The notes beneath the pieces are model-generated. The model had not been told where the DNA came from and did no database searches. It was given only the letters and a program-made list of their open reading frames with translations. The position numbers and the translations under genes were made by a program. This document shows, piece by piece, positions 17,060 through 26,727 of a stretch of 39,933 nucleotides of DNA; position 1 is the first letter of the stretch; each line of letters starts with the position of its first letter. This stretch comes from a virus (lineage: Duplodnaviria; Caudoviricetes): positions 1-39,933 of the IMG/VR virus record IMGVR_UViG_3300032232_000427. One strand, given 5' to 3'.

Positions 17060-18979
17060 ATGGAAATTAGAAGCGCTATCACACAAATGGCTGAGCAAGA
17101 CCCTCAGTACGCACCTGCTATTGACGCTATAGAGGCGCAGCTGGCGCGTACACCTATCGTGCCAGAAGATCTTGATAAAGCGATTCAACTTTTAGAATTC
17201 GTTATTCAAAACCCAGACAAGTATCAAGAAGTGCGTGAGGCGGCTGTCAAAGACGGTCTCGTTGATGCGCGAATGGTGCCTGAACAGTATGATCAAGCGT
17301 TCGTAGTATCCATGTTGATCGCGCTTTACGGTTTGCAAGACCGCTTAAAAACGCAAGGTTACGCTCGCGGCGGTTTAGCGGTTGCTGCTCGTCGTGTTGC
17401 GGCTGCGGGTCGGGGCGGTGACACTGAGTTGGCGCATATCAACAGCCGTGAAGCCGAAATGCTAAAGCGCATGGGCGGCGCGGGTACTATCAACCCAAAC
17501 ACGGGACTGCGCGAATATAAGGACGACGGTGACTTTCTATCTGCAGTCTTACCTATTGCGCTAGCTGTTTTTGTTCCTGGTCTTGGAGCAGCTATTGGTT
17601 CAAGTTTGTTAGGAGCCGGAGCAAGTACTTTGGCTTCAGGCATGCTAGGCGGTGCTATTTTAGGCGGAGCTACTTCTGCTTTGACCGGGGGTGACTGGAA
17701 AAAAGGCGCTCTGATGGGCGGCTTAGGTGGCGGTCTGGGTGGCGCTGTAGGTGAGTTTGTCGCCCCTGGAGCTTCTGCAGTAACCCAAGGTATCATCGGT
17801 AGCGGCTTAGTTGGCGGTGCAGCCGGAGCTATTACGGGTGACGGTTTTCTTAAGGGCGCAGGTCAAGGTGTACTAGGCGGCGCTATCGGTCAACTCGCTG
17901 GAGGGTATGGCGGTGAAACGGCTTTTGAAAAAGGCGTGAGTTCTGCCGGACGTAGTTTTGGTAATGCGTTGACTGCCGGTTATGATCCTAAAACAGCAGC
18001 TACGGTAGGTTTAACTTCAAGTCTGTTTGAAGGTCTCAGAACAAACATGACGCCCTCGGATGCGGCGGTTGAAAAGCTCAAGGTAGGAGAAACTAGCCCC
18101 GCGCCAGGCGAAATTAACACTACTTCAGGCGAAACCACAGCGCCTAAAATGATTACGCTGACGGACGGCACTTCTGTTCCGGCTCCAGGAACTAAAGGTA
18201 TTGGCGCTGACGGTAGACCGTTCACAAATGTGCTTGATACGACAACCGGCAAAATAGTTCCGCAACTTGATAAAGGTTCTTATCAAATTAACCCTCAGAC
18301 CGGCGCTGTTGAATTTAAAACTGCCGAACCGGGGTTCTTTGAAAAAGCTCTCAAGGGTAGTCCGTTTGAAACTAAAACTCCAACGACCACCGCTACGGGC
18401 GCTAAAGCTGATGCGGGTATGGGTTTAGGAACCAAAGTCTTAGGCGGTTTGAGCCTTTTAAGCGCCCTGCAGAAACCGCCCCCTGCGGCTCAAGAAGCTA
18501 TTGCTAAAATGTCTCCGCAACAGCAAGAGTATTTTAACCGCCCTTCAGTCTCCTGGGACTGGAACAGGATGCAAACCGATGCTAATGCGGCTAACATGAG
18601 CCTTGATCAATTCATGGCTGCTAACTGGCCAAAAATCACGGGTTACGCGTCTGGAACACCTGATGCTAGACAAGGCACTTATAATTACCAAGCGCCAATC
18701 GGTAAAGCACGCGGCGGCGCTCTGTCAGCTGTTTCCCGGTTCGCTCAAGGAGCTGGTTCTGGTCGAGCAGACACCATTGATGCTAAACTTTCAGATGGTG
18801 AATACGTGATTGATGCAGAAACAGTTGCAATGCTCGGGGACGGCTCTAATAAAGAAGGAGCTAAACGCCTTGACGCTATGCGCCAAAATATTCGTTCCCA
18901 CAAAGGTAAGACTTTAGCAAAGGGTAAGATTAGCCCTAACGCTAAGTCTCCCTTGTCTTATCTGAAGGAGTTTGCATAA
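17060..18979 (+). CDS. Internal virion (ejection/DNA transfer) protein 1
   Basis: GRGGDTELAHIN...GTINPNTGLREY module, Gly/Ala-rich hydrophobic glycine-zipper segment, C-terminal GSGRADTIDAKLSDGEYVIDAETV module. Confidence 0.7.
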   Translation: MEIRSAITQMAEQDPQYAPAIDAIEAQLARTPIVPEDLDKAIQLLEFVIQNPDKYQEVREAAVKDGLVDARMVPEQYDQAFVVSMLIALYGLQDRLKTQGYARGGLAVAARRVAAAGRGGDTELAHINSREAEMLKRMGGAGTINPNTGLREYKDDGDFLSAVLPIALAVFVPGLGAAIGSSLLGAGASTLASGMLGGAILGGATSALTGGDWKKGALMGGLGGGLGGAVGEFVAPGASAVTQGIIGSGLVGGAAGAITGDGFLKGAGQGVLGGAIGQLAGGYGGETAFEKGVSSAGRSFGNALTAGYDPKTAATVGLTSSLFEGLRTNMTPSDAAVEKLKVGETSPAPGEINTTSGETTAPKMITLTDGTSVPAPGTKGIGADGRPFTNVLDTTTGKIVPQLDKGSYQINPQTGAVEFKTAEPGFFEKALKGSPFETKTPTTTATGAKADAGMGLGTKVLGGLSLLSALQKPPPAAQEAIAKMSPQQQEYFNRPSVSWDWNRMQTDANAANMSLDQFMAANWPKITGYASGTPDARQGTYNYQAPIGKARGGALSAVSRFAQGAGSGRADTIDAKLSDGEYVIDAETVAMLGDGSNKEGAKRLDAMRQNIRSHKGKTLAKGKISPNAKSPLSYLKEFA

Positions 18980-20421
18980 TGGGTAGCTTATTTCAAGGGT
19001 CTCCACAGACCGCTACGTCGTACGCGGCTTCTTCTACCGAGACACCGCAGTGGATGCAGGATGCGATTTACAATCAAATTCAGATCGCGCAGAACCTCGC
19101 TAACAAGCCGTATCAGGCATATGACATGCCTACGGTGGCTGAGCTGTCTCCGCTGCAACAGCAAGCGTATAAGAACGTACAGGCTAACCAAGGTTTCTAT
19201 CAAGGAGACATTGACAAAGCCCAGTCCGGCATGTATGAGTTCGGTAGTAAAGGTACGGCTGATGCTTTGAAAACAGCGCAAAATCAATATTTGCGCCAAG
19301 ACCTCGTTGGTAAAAACTTAGACGCTGGTCAAGGGTATTTCAATCGTGCGGGTCAATTAGACCCGGTTGCTGCGGCTAATGTTAACTTAAACAAAGCTGC
19401 GGGTTTAGACTCTGTTGCGGCAGCAAGCCCGTATTTAAAGAACGCCGACCTCACTACGGCTCAAGCGTTGTCTAAAGAGGCATTGACGGCGGCTAACCCG
19501 TACTTAACAGCGGCTGCAGGATCATCTGCTACCAACCTTAATCAATACATGTCTCCCTATCAAACAGGGGTCATGGATGCAATCGCTAAACAGGGCGCTC
19601 GTAATTTGAGCGAGAACCTGCTGCCCGGCGTGTCTGATTCGTTTATCAAAGCGGGTCAGTTTGGTAGTTCTAGAATGGGTGAATTCGGTTCACGCGCATT
19701 ACGTGACACGCAAGAATCTATTCTCAACCAGCAAGCTCAACTGGCTAACCAAGGCTACGGACAGGCTCTCAGCGCTTCTCAGGCTGACCTCGCACGTCAA
19801 GCGCAGTTGGCTGGTACCGTGGGTAGTATTTCTGGTGCAGACCTCTCTCGCGTGCTTCAAGGCGCGGGTCAGTATCAGAACCTTGCTTCTACCGCAGGAA
19901 GTTTGACAGCTCAGCAACAGCAGAATTTGGCTAACATCGGTCAGACTCAAGGTCAAATGACTTCACAGCAAATGCAAAACCTTGCTAACTTGGGTCAAGC
20001 GCAAACTAACGCAGGTCAAGCCCAGCAGCAGTTCGGTCTCAGCGCGGCTCAAGCCGCTCAAGCCGCTCAAGCAGCTGACTACCAGCGTCAGATGTCGGCA
20101 CTTAGCCAGTTTGCCAATATGCAGCAACAAGAACAAGCTATGCGCTCAGCTGACGTGGCGGCTCTTGAAGGGGCGGGTTCGGCTCAACAGGGACAGATGC
20201 AGCAACAGCTCAACGCAGCTAAGGCGCAATTTGACGCTGAGCAGTTGTACCCTAGACAACAAGCGGACTTCCTCAGTACGCAAATACGCGGTATGGCTCC
20301 AATCACACCGCAAACGACAACGCAATCCGGCGGTTCAACCGGCGCTACGTACTCAGCTTCGCCGCTGTCTCAACTGGCGGCAGCTACGTATACGGCCAAG
20401 GGTTTGAGCAGCTTAGGCTAA
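18979..20421 (+). CDS. Internal virion (ejection/DNA transfer) protein 2, Gln/Ala-rich helical
   Basis: Q/A-rich coiled-coil character, YMSPY and AGQFGSSR motifs, TAATG overlap. Confidence 0.7.
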   Translation: MGSLFQGSPQTATSYAASSTETPQWMQDAIYNQIQIAQNLANKPYQAYDMPTVAELSPLQQQAYKNVQANQGFYQGDIDKAQSGMYEFGSKGTADALKTAQNQYLRQDLVGKNLDAGQGYFNRAGQLDPVAAANVNLNKAAGLDSVAAASPYLKNADLTTAQALSKEALTAANPYLTAAAGSSATNLNQYMSPYQTGVMDAIAKQGARNLSENLLPGVSDSFIKAGQFGSSRMGEFGSRALRDTQESILNQQAQLANQGYGQALSASQADLARQAQLAGTVGSISGADLSRVLQGAGQYQNLASTAGSLTAQQQQNLANIGQTQGQMTSQQMQNLANLGQAQTNAGQAQQQFGLSAAQAAQAAQAADYQRQMSALSQFANMQQQEQAMRSADVAALEGAGSAQQGQMQQQLNAAKAQFDAEQLYPRQQADFLSTQIRGMAPITPQTTTQSGGSTGATYSASPLSQLAAATYTAKGLSSLG

Positions 20422-20430
20422 GGAGCAGAC

Positions 20431-23400
20431 ATGGGATTTGAACTCAATCGAATTATGAAGCAGTACGGGGTGGGTACGCCCGGTATGGCTACTTACACTG
20501 GTGCGGCTGCTCCCGTAATTCCAACAGCGCCAACGGGTGAACGACCCGCAGGTGATGATGCTGCTGCAAAAGCCGCACAAACCGCTTTTGATAAACAGAA
20601 AGCCGATGCTGATGCTTACGCAAAAGACAAAACTGCTTTCAATGAGGCGTTCCGTAAGTACGGTCTTGACCAAAAGTCATACGATACATATAAGGCTGAT
20701 TATCAGAACCGCCTACAAAACACACCGATGTATGTGCAAAGTCAGTTTGACACAGGTAATCGTCCTGTGTCTGACGCTATGAAATTTGCAACTAATACTA
20801 CTAAAAACGAAGCTACTGGGCAGGGTATGGGGGCTGATAAGTTTTATGCAAACACTAAACAATATATTGTAGACAACCCTTATGCTTCTACTCAAGCTAA
20901 TCAAGACTACATGAAAAGGTACGGTATTAGCAACCAGGACGTGTACAACGCCACCGGTAGCTATTACGGCAATCAAGTTAAAAACCCAACTTACGGCGCT
21001 GTAAATGCGTCAATGGTTAACGATACACCTCAAGCTAAGTCTGATTACTATTTACAGCAGCGTAACCTCGGTTATACGGATGCCGACTTGCGCAAAGCTA
21101 CGACCTCTACTTTCGGAACACCTGCAGAAGGTGACTGGGCGCAGCTGACAGCTAGAGCTTACCCAACCTACAACCAAAATATTGTTGACGCTTACAAAAG
21201 CATTGGCCGTAGTTGGGAACAAGGAACAATTGACGCGCCGGGCTACAACTACTGGATGAACCAGCTTTCAAGTGGTGCGTTTGACCCTAAAAATCTCAAC
21301 TCTACATTTGCACAAGCGGCTGCAGATGAAGCAGCTAAGGCTACAGTCAAGGCTTACACAGGCGGCTCTGTCAATGAACTTGCTGCTCAATATGCCATTG
21401 GCGGTTCTGTTTTTCGTAATCCCTTTAGGTCTCAAAACGAAGACAGCGACTATGCTAAATTCATGACGCAACAACAGCAGGCAGATGCGCCCACGCAATT
21501 TGCTGAGCCGCCACCGAATTACGACAAAATAGTCCAAGACGCTTACGGCACTTTGCAGGGGCGTACAGGCATAGGTACGGAAGCAAACAATATTGACCAA
21601 GGCGGTTTTGACTATTGGAAAAGCCAATTAGCTTCTGGTGCAATTAAGCCGGAAGACTTTAGAGGTGCTTTTAGCGGCGCTACTGACCAATACATGGCCA
21701 ATAACCCCGAAGACAAATACACAAAGCAAGTCCAAGGATTCATACCCCCTCATATTGCAAACTTGTACAAAGAGGTTTTAGGCCGCGCACCTGATACAGG
21801 CGGCGCTGCATATTGGGCAAAAGAGTTTGGCGATGAAGTTAACGCTGATGAGATGAACACGTTTATACAAGCCGCTCAACCTGAGATGAAAACTCGTTTT
21901 ACTAGCAGCCCTTTTTATCGTGGTGACGGTGGTAGCCCTCTTAATGGAGGCGGTGGAGGCGGTGGAAGTAGCAGCGGTGGTAATAAACTAGCTAAGGCCG
22001 CAGTTAACGCTGGGTTGTCTTATATCATAGGTCCAACGTATGACTATGCCAACGCTGGGCGTCAAGTTTTGCAAGGCAATATTCCGGGGGCAGCATCCAG
22101 CCTTGTGTCAGGTTTAACGGGTGGCGTATCAAATGTCCTGAAAAAGTTTAAATTTGAAAACGGCGGTCCAGTGAAAACCCATTATCAAACCGCTGGTCCT
22201 GTGAAAGCTCGCTACGACTACATGAGCCCTGAGGAAGAACAAGATTTTAAAGATCGGTTTTTCACACCTACATCTGAAGCCGTAACCGCCCCCGTAAACA
22301 TGGTTACACTACCAGCGCCGGTTACCACTGAACCTTTAGCGGCTATGCCAGCGCCGGTTGTTGCCCCCGCGCCTAAGTCAGTATTGACTGAGATTGCTGC
22401 CAAAAACATTAAAGCTGAACCGATGCCTGCGGCTCCGGCGGCTGCTGTTGCTCCCGTAGCGGTAGCGCCTAAACCGGCTGCGTCTCCCGCTGATGATCGC
22501 TTGTCAGGTATTCAAGCCCTGCTCGCTACGTACGGTCCAAAAGACAGCGCCTACGCTGCTGACCTAACAGCTGCTCGTACTGCGGCTAAAGCTGAAAGCG
22601 ACGCATTTGCCAAAATGCTCAAAACAGCTATGGATTCGCCTGAAGACGCCCAAAGCTCTAAAGCAGAGATGTATTTCCGCTTAGCTGCTGCGTTCGGCGC
22701 ACCTACTAAGACTGGCCAGTTCAGCGAGAACCTTGGCATGGTCGGTAAAGAGCTGGGCGAATACGCCAAAGGTAAACGCGCTTCTGCTAGGGAGAAACTT
22801 GCGCTCGGTCTTGAAGCTCAGAAATTAAAAGTGGCTGCTACAAAAGAAGACTTGAACACGTTGCGTGCATTGTCTGCTGAAGAAATGAAAGACAAGCGAG
22901 CCATTGCAACTGAAATGATTAAAGAATACATAAATTCTGGTAAACCTCAATCTGCCGCAGGTAAGCAAGCCCTTGATGAAGGTCTCGTACCAGGAACCCC
23001 TGCTTACCAGAAACGTGTTGCTGAGGTCGGTAATCTGAATGTTGAAGCTAAGATGCAGCAAATTGCGTCATCATTACAAAATCTTTCGTTAGCGCAATCT
23101 AATCTTGCCCTACGTCAAGACCAGTTCACTAATCAGAAAGCTCAACAAGCTAAATTGACTGGACCAGAGCTTAAACTTAAAGTTGAGGCCGAAGACCTTA
23201 TCGCTTCTAGCAAGCAGTCTCTGGCTGACTTGAAACAGGCTTACGCGCTGAATCCGAACTCGCTAGCTGGTGGCTGGCTTGACAAAGGTCAGCAGTTCCT
23301 GTATGAAGCGGCAGGTTCTAAGGATCCTACGATCGTTAACACTCGCGTGCTTAATAACCTGCTCGGTTCTCAAGGTCTCGCTAAACTCCGCGCTACGTTC

Positions 23401-23604
23401 GGCGGTAGCCCGACTGAAGGTGAACGCGCAATCTTGCTTGAGCTTGAAGGTATCGGCGCTAAAACTAAAGACGAACGCGGGCAGATTATTAAACGTGCTT
23501 ACAAAGTGTTGCAAGATCGTTTAGCCCGCGAACAATCCCGCTTGGATGCAATCAATTCTGGCGCTTACCGTACGACCACCCCGCTTGAAGGAGGAACTGA
23601 CTAA
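20431..23604 (+). CDS. Large internal virion (ejection) protein 3 with three DUF4214-like repeats
   Basis: AAGGAG SD; three Y...GR...DxxGxxYW repeats; Pro/Ala linker; helical C-terminal region with FGGSPTEGER. Confidence 0.7.
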   Translation: MGFELNRIMKQYGVGTPGMATYTGAAAPVIPTAPTGERPAGDDAAAKAAQTAFDKQKADADAYAKDKTAFNEAFRKYGLDQKSYDTYKADYQNRLQNTPMYVQSQFDTGNRPVSDAMKFATNTTKNEATGQGMGADKFYANTKQYIVDNPYASTQANQDYMKRYGISNQDVYNATGSYYGNQVKNPTYGAVNASMVNDTPQAKSDYYLQQRNLGYTDADLRKATTSTFGTPAEGDWAQLTARAYPTYNQNIVDAYKSIGRSWEQGTIDAPGYNYWMNQLSSGAFDPKNLNSTFAQAAADEAAKATVKAYTGGSVNELAAQYAIGGSVFRNPFRSQNEDSDYAKFMTQQQQADAPTQFAEPPPNYDKIVQDAYGTLQGRTGIGTEANNIDQGGFDYWKSQLASGAIKPEDFRGAFSGATDQYMANNPEDKYTKQVQGFIPPHIANLYKEVLGRAPDTGGAAYWAKEFGDEVNADEMNTFIQAAQPEMKTRFTSSPFYRGDGGSPLNGGGGGGGSSSGGNKLAKAAVNAGLSYIIGPTYDYANAGRQVLQGNIPGAASSLVSGLTGGVSNVLKKFKFENGGPVKTHYQTAGPVKARYDYMSPEEEQDFKDRFFTPTSEAVTAPVNMVTLPAPVTTEPLAAMPAPVVAPAPKSVLTEIAAKNIKAEPMPAAPAAAVAPVAVAPKPAASPADDRLSGIQALLATYGPKDSAYAADLTAARTAAKAESDAFAKMLKTAMDSPEDAQSSKAEMYFRLAAAFGAPTKTGQFSENLGMVGKELGEYAKGKRASAREKLALGLEAQKLKVAATKEDLNTLRALSAEEMKDKRAIATEMIKEYINSGKPQSAAGKQALDEGLVPGTPAYQKRVAEVGNLNVEAKMQQIASSLQNLSLAQSNLALRQDQFTNQKAQQAKLTGPELKLKVEAEDLIASSKQSLADLKQAYALNPNSLAGGWLDKGQQFLYEAAGSKDPTIVNTRVLNNLLGSQGLAKLRATFGGSPTEGERAILLELEGIGAKTKDERGQIIKRAYKVLQDRLAREQSRLDAINSGAYRTTTPLEGGTD

Positions 23605-25661
23605 TGGCTACCGCTAATCCGTACGTAGGCGCGGCGCGAGCCGCCGTCGGTCAAGGTCTTGCCTTGGGTTGGGGTGATGAAGCTGAAGCATGGCTTCGTT
23701 CTAAACTCGCTAATAGCCCCGGCTACGCAGCCGAACTCGCTAAGATTAACCGAGAATACGCTCAGTATTCTAAAGAGAACCCGTTCGTGGCTCCTGCGCT
23801 TGAGTTCACGGGCGGCGCTGCCCCGGCTTTAGCCGCAATGTTAGCCACCCCGGTTACGGGCGGTGCGGCTGGTCCAGCGGCTGTTGCTGCGGGCGCTAGG
23901 TCTGCCGGGGCGCTATCACGCTTGGCGACCAACCCTTATGCGCGTGGTGCGGTAACCGGCGGCACGACCGGTGTTGTCTCCGGCGCGGGTTCTGCTAAAC
24001 CCGGCGAACGAGGTGAAGGCGCGGTCGTCGGCGGGACTGTTGGTACAGTGGTCGGAGGCGCTGCCCCAGTGGTTATTCGTTCAAGTGGCGCAGCTGCTGA
24101 TTGGTTACGTGACCGCGTGGCTCCTAGCGAAGGCACAGTTACTAAAGCCGCCGTCGGTAAAGTGTCTCGCGCTATCAAAGAGTCAGGTATGACTCCCCAA
24201 CAGATTGAGCAGAAAGTTGTTCAAGACCGCGCCCGCAACATTCCTTCTACTATAGCTAACGCTGACCCGGCGCTGGTTGATTTAGCTGAGACAGTTGCCC
24301 AGCGTAGCGGTCCCAGCGGTCGTCTAGTTGAGAAAAAACTCGGACAGCAGACCGAAGGTGCTCGTGAGCGTACTTACGCCCAGACCCGCAAGGCTATGGA
24401 TCCAGGCAACTTCTACGCTGATGAGAAAAAACTGGTTACTGAGTTGCGTAAAAAAGCTGACACGTTGTATGACGACGCATACGCTTACGGTGACGTAGAC
24501 GACCCTCGTATTACTGAAGCGTTGAAAAATCCTCGTTTTCAAGAGTTCTTTACAAAGGCGCGTAATATTGCTGACACCGAGGCTCAAGCGGCTAAGCTCC
24601 GTGGCGAAGATCCTAGTAAATACGCGCTACCCGAAATCTACAAACCTAGTGGTAAATTTGACGACACCGGCGCTGAGATTTTAGAGCTGACCCAGTTACC
24701 TGATGTACGCACTCTCGATTATATTAAGCGCGGTATTGAAGCTACTATTGAAACAGGGTTCAACAGTAAAAACGGTATGAGTAAAGCTGAGGCCAATGCG
24801 CTCAAAGACTTGCGTAACGTGTACGTCAACGCAATTGATGAGGCTACCGGTGGCGCAAACTCGCCGTACCTTAAAGCCCGTCAAGCCTACTCTGGTGACA
24901 TGGAAGTTATTGATGCCATGCGGTCAGGTATGAACGATTTTAACAAGTTAGACCATGAGCAAGTCATTGACATGATTAGCAAAATGGGTAATTCGGAAAA
25001 AGAAGCGTTTCGTACGGGTGTTGTTCGAGACCTATATAGCAAAATCATGGATTCGCCAAACAACATCAACGCCGCACAAAAAATCATCGGTGCGCCTGAG
25101 ATGCAAGCCAAGCTACAGCCGCTGTTTGACAGCCCTGCTAAGTTTGAACTGTTCAAGGCGGCGCTTGAGCGCGAAGCTCAGTTGTTCCAACAATCTAACC
25201 GCATCCTGGGCGGCGCGGCTACCGGAAGACGCACTCAGGCACGCGAACGCTTTGAAGAAGGTCCAGGCGTGGGGGCTGCGGTTGCGGATGCCGTCTCGGG
25301 AGGATTCTGGGGGTCTCTGACTAACATGGCGGCACGCCTCGCACGCAGCGCTAACATGACTGATGAAGTTGCTGAGAAGACCGGCAAGCTGCTCATGTCT
25401 AGCGACCCGCATGAAGTCGCTGCGGCGGTCAAATTGATCGAGCAGTATGATGTTCAAGCCGCTGCCGGGGCTAAGCGCCTAGGCAAAGGTGAGACTGGCG
25501 TTATTATGGGTACAGTGGCGGCATCCCCGCCTTCGCCCGTTGATCCTAACGCTAAACCTGAAGACATAGAGGCAGCTGATATCCCAAATATTCCGGGCGG
25601 TCGCTTAATCGGTCCTGACATTGATGCGGAGATTGCGGCTGAAAAAGAGAAAATGAAGTAA
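23604..25661 (+). CDS. Internal virion (ejection) protein 4
   Basis: GGAGG SD with TAATG overlap; N-terminal GQGLALGWGDEAEA and Gly/Ala-rich hydrophobic region, then a long helical domain; last gene of the + module. Confidence 0.7.
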   Translation: MATANPYVGAARAAVGQGLALGWGDEAEAWLRSKLANSPGYAAELAKINREYAQYSKENPFVAPALEFTGGAAPALAAMLATPVTGGAAGPAAVAAGARSAGALSRLATNPYARGAVTGGTTGVVSGAGSAKPGERGEGAVVGGTVGTVVGGAAPVVIRSSGAAADWLRDRVAPSEGTVTKAAVGKVSRAIKESGMTPQQIEQKVVQDRARNIPSTIANADPALVDLAETVAQRSGPSGRLVEKKLGQQTEGARERTYAQTRKAMDPGNFYADEKKLVTELRKKADTLYDDAYAYGDVDDPRITEALKNPRFQEFFTKARNIADTEAQAAKLRGEDPSKYALPEIYKPSGKFDDTGAEILELTQLPDVRTLDYIKRGIEATIETGFNSKNGMSKAEANALKDLRNVYVNAIDEATGGANSPYLKARQAYSGDMEVIDAMRSGMNDFNKLDHEQVIDMISKMGNSEKEAFRTGVVRDLYSKIMDSPNNINAAQKIIGAPEMQAKLQPLFDSPAKFELFKAALEREAQLFQQSNRILGGAATGRRTQARERFEEGPGVGAAVADAVSGGFWGSLTNMAARLARSANMTDEVAEKTGKLLMSSDPHEVAAAVKLIEQYDVQAAAGAKRLGKGETGVIMGTVAASPPSPVDPNAKPEDIEAADIPNIPGGRLIGPDIDAEIAAEKEKMK

Positions 25662-25670
25662 AATTCTTCA

Positions 25671-25697
25671 TACTGTCTCCTTCACGAGCAGTTGCCA
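25671..25697 (+). promoter_or_regulatory. Hairpin element copy 3 (T-ACTG-T-CTC-CTTCAC-GAG-CAGT-TGCCA) in the 3' UTR of the virion operon
   Basis: The ACTG/CAGT stem is a compensatory version of GCTG/CAGC, followed by the same TGCCA tail; contains anti-SD CTCCTT. Confidence 0.4.
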
Positions 25698-25701
25698 ACC
25701 T

Positions 25702-25902
25702 TTAACCCCGCTCCGGCGGGGTTTCTTTTTGCTCAACGTCCATCAACACTTTGTTGCGTAGACGCAATATGATGCGAATATGATCAGCGGCATCGTGTTG
25801 ACCCTCGCGGTCTGCCCGAGCGATAGCGTCCAACATCTCTCGTTGAGTCCTGTCCCAATGAAGTCCAGGTCCTAGCAGTGAGCGAATATACGCCCACGGC
25901 AT
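25702..25902 (-). CDS. Small hypothetical protein (start corrected to ATG 25902, 66 aa)
   Basis: TGATG overlap with the stop of 25902..26309 gives MPWAYIRSLLG... Confidence 0.6.
   Translation of the reverse strand: MPWAYIRSLLGPGLHWDRTQREMLDAIARADREGQHDAADHIRIILRLRNKVLMDVEQKETPPERG
25704..25730 (+). terminator. Rho-independent terminator between the converging modules
   Basis: AACCCCGC-TCCG-GCGGGGTT stem followed by TCTTTTT; overlaps the 3' end of the last minus-strand ORF. Confidence 0.85.
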
Positions 25903-26309
25903 CACACACCGCCCGCAATTTTGTTCCACTCTTGATTGAACAGTACAGGGTTGATCTTAGCGATCAGCGCCTGAGCACAGTCCAACCCAGTCTCAAGTGA
26001 AACAATGTTTATGCGGCGGTATGAGTTATCAGCTATCATCTGATCAAGCGCAGAAAGCGTCCCGCGCATGATTCTTACTTCGTAATTGTCAGTGCCTACT
26101 TTCGGGTCTGCTTCAGCGGTTGAGAGCAAAGCCGAAAACAGGGTAAACATGGGCACACAAAATTCAACACACGACTCACCCTCTTGCGTCGTATACAGTT
26201 GAATTTTTTGATCAAGAATAGTTTTACGCATGTTTTCACGTGCAACAGCCTGAGCTATCGGGTTCAACCCGACTTGCTTCTTAACCCGCTTAGGGGCTAA
26301 CTTAGGCAT
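25902..26309 (-). CDS. Hypothetical protein (135 aa)
   Basis: Coupled start/stop overlaps on both sides within the minus-strand operon. Confidence 0.7.
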   Translation of the reverse strand: MPKLAPKRVKKQVGLNPIAQAVARENMRKTILDQKIQLYTTQEGESCVEFCVPMFTLFSALLSTAEADPKVGTDNYEVRIMRGTLSALDQMIADNSYRRINIVSLETGLDCAQALIAKINPVLFNQEWNKIAGGV

Positions 26310-26491
26310 CAGAACTTTTCGTTATAAAACTTGCGTATTACTTCGGCTAATTCTTCGGTTTTGAATTCACCACCTTCGGCGCTTTTCACTTCGCCGATCC
26401 AGACAGTACCCGTGTTAGGTACTCGACCGGGGGAGATAAACAAATCACCGACTTGAATATGCCAAGGGCATTTAGGTTCAAAAGTTTCCAT
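26309..26491 (-). CDS. Hypothetical protein (60 aa)
   Basis: TAATG and TGATG overlaps with its neighbours. Confidence 0.65.
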   Translation of the reverse strand: METFEPKCPWHIQVGDLFISPGRVPNTGTVWIGEVKSAEGGEFKTEELAEVIRKFYNEKF

Positions 26492-26727
26492 TATCGTCTT
26501 TCTTGTTCAATTAGTTCATTGACAATCCGCTCTTCATCCTTAGCGGTCATTTTATTCTCAAGCCATTTTGCTCGATAGCCTTTACGGTCGTAGATTTCAA
26601 ACTCTACGTCAAACCAACCTCCGTAGTAATCTACGTCGCTAGCCCATGTGCCGTAGTCCGGTTTTTGATAATACCCGCCGACCATCTCTGCCTTGCAGGG
26701 TATGCCGCTTATACGCGTGTCAATCAT
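26491..26727 (-). CDS. Hypothetical phage protein (78 aa)
   Basis: GAGG SD, ATGA overlap; TRISGIPC...DYYG...DRKGYRAKWLE. Confidence 0.7.
   Translation of the reverse strand: MIDTRISGIPCKAEMVGGYYQKPDYGTWASDVDYYGGWFDVEFEIYDRKGYRAKWLENKMTAKDEERIVNELIEQERR

Noticed and set aside
17060-18979. Tape measure protein, because of the LSDGEYV module
   Set aside because: The module also occurs in internal proteins, and no tail tube, sheath or assembly chaperone genes are recognisable.
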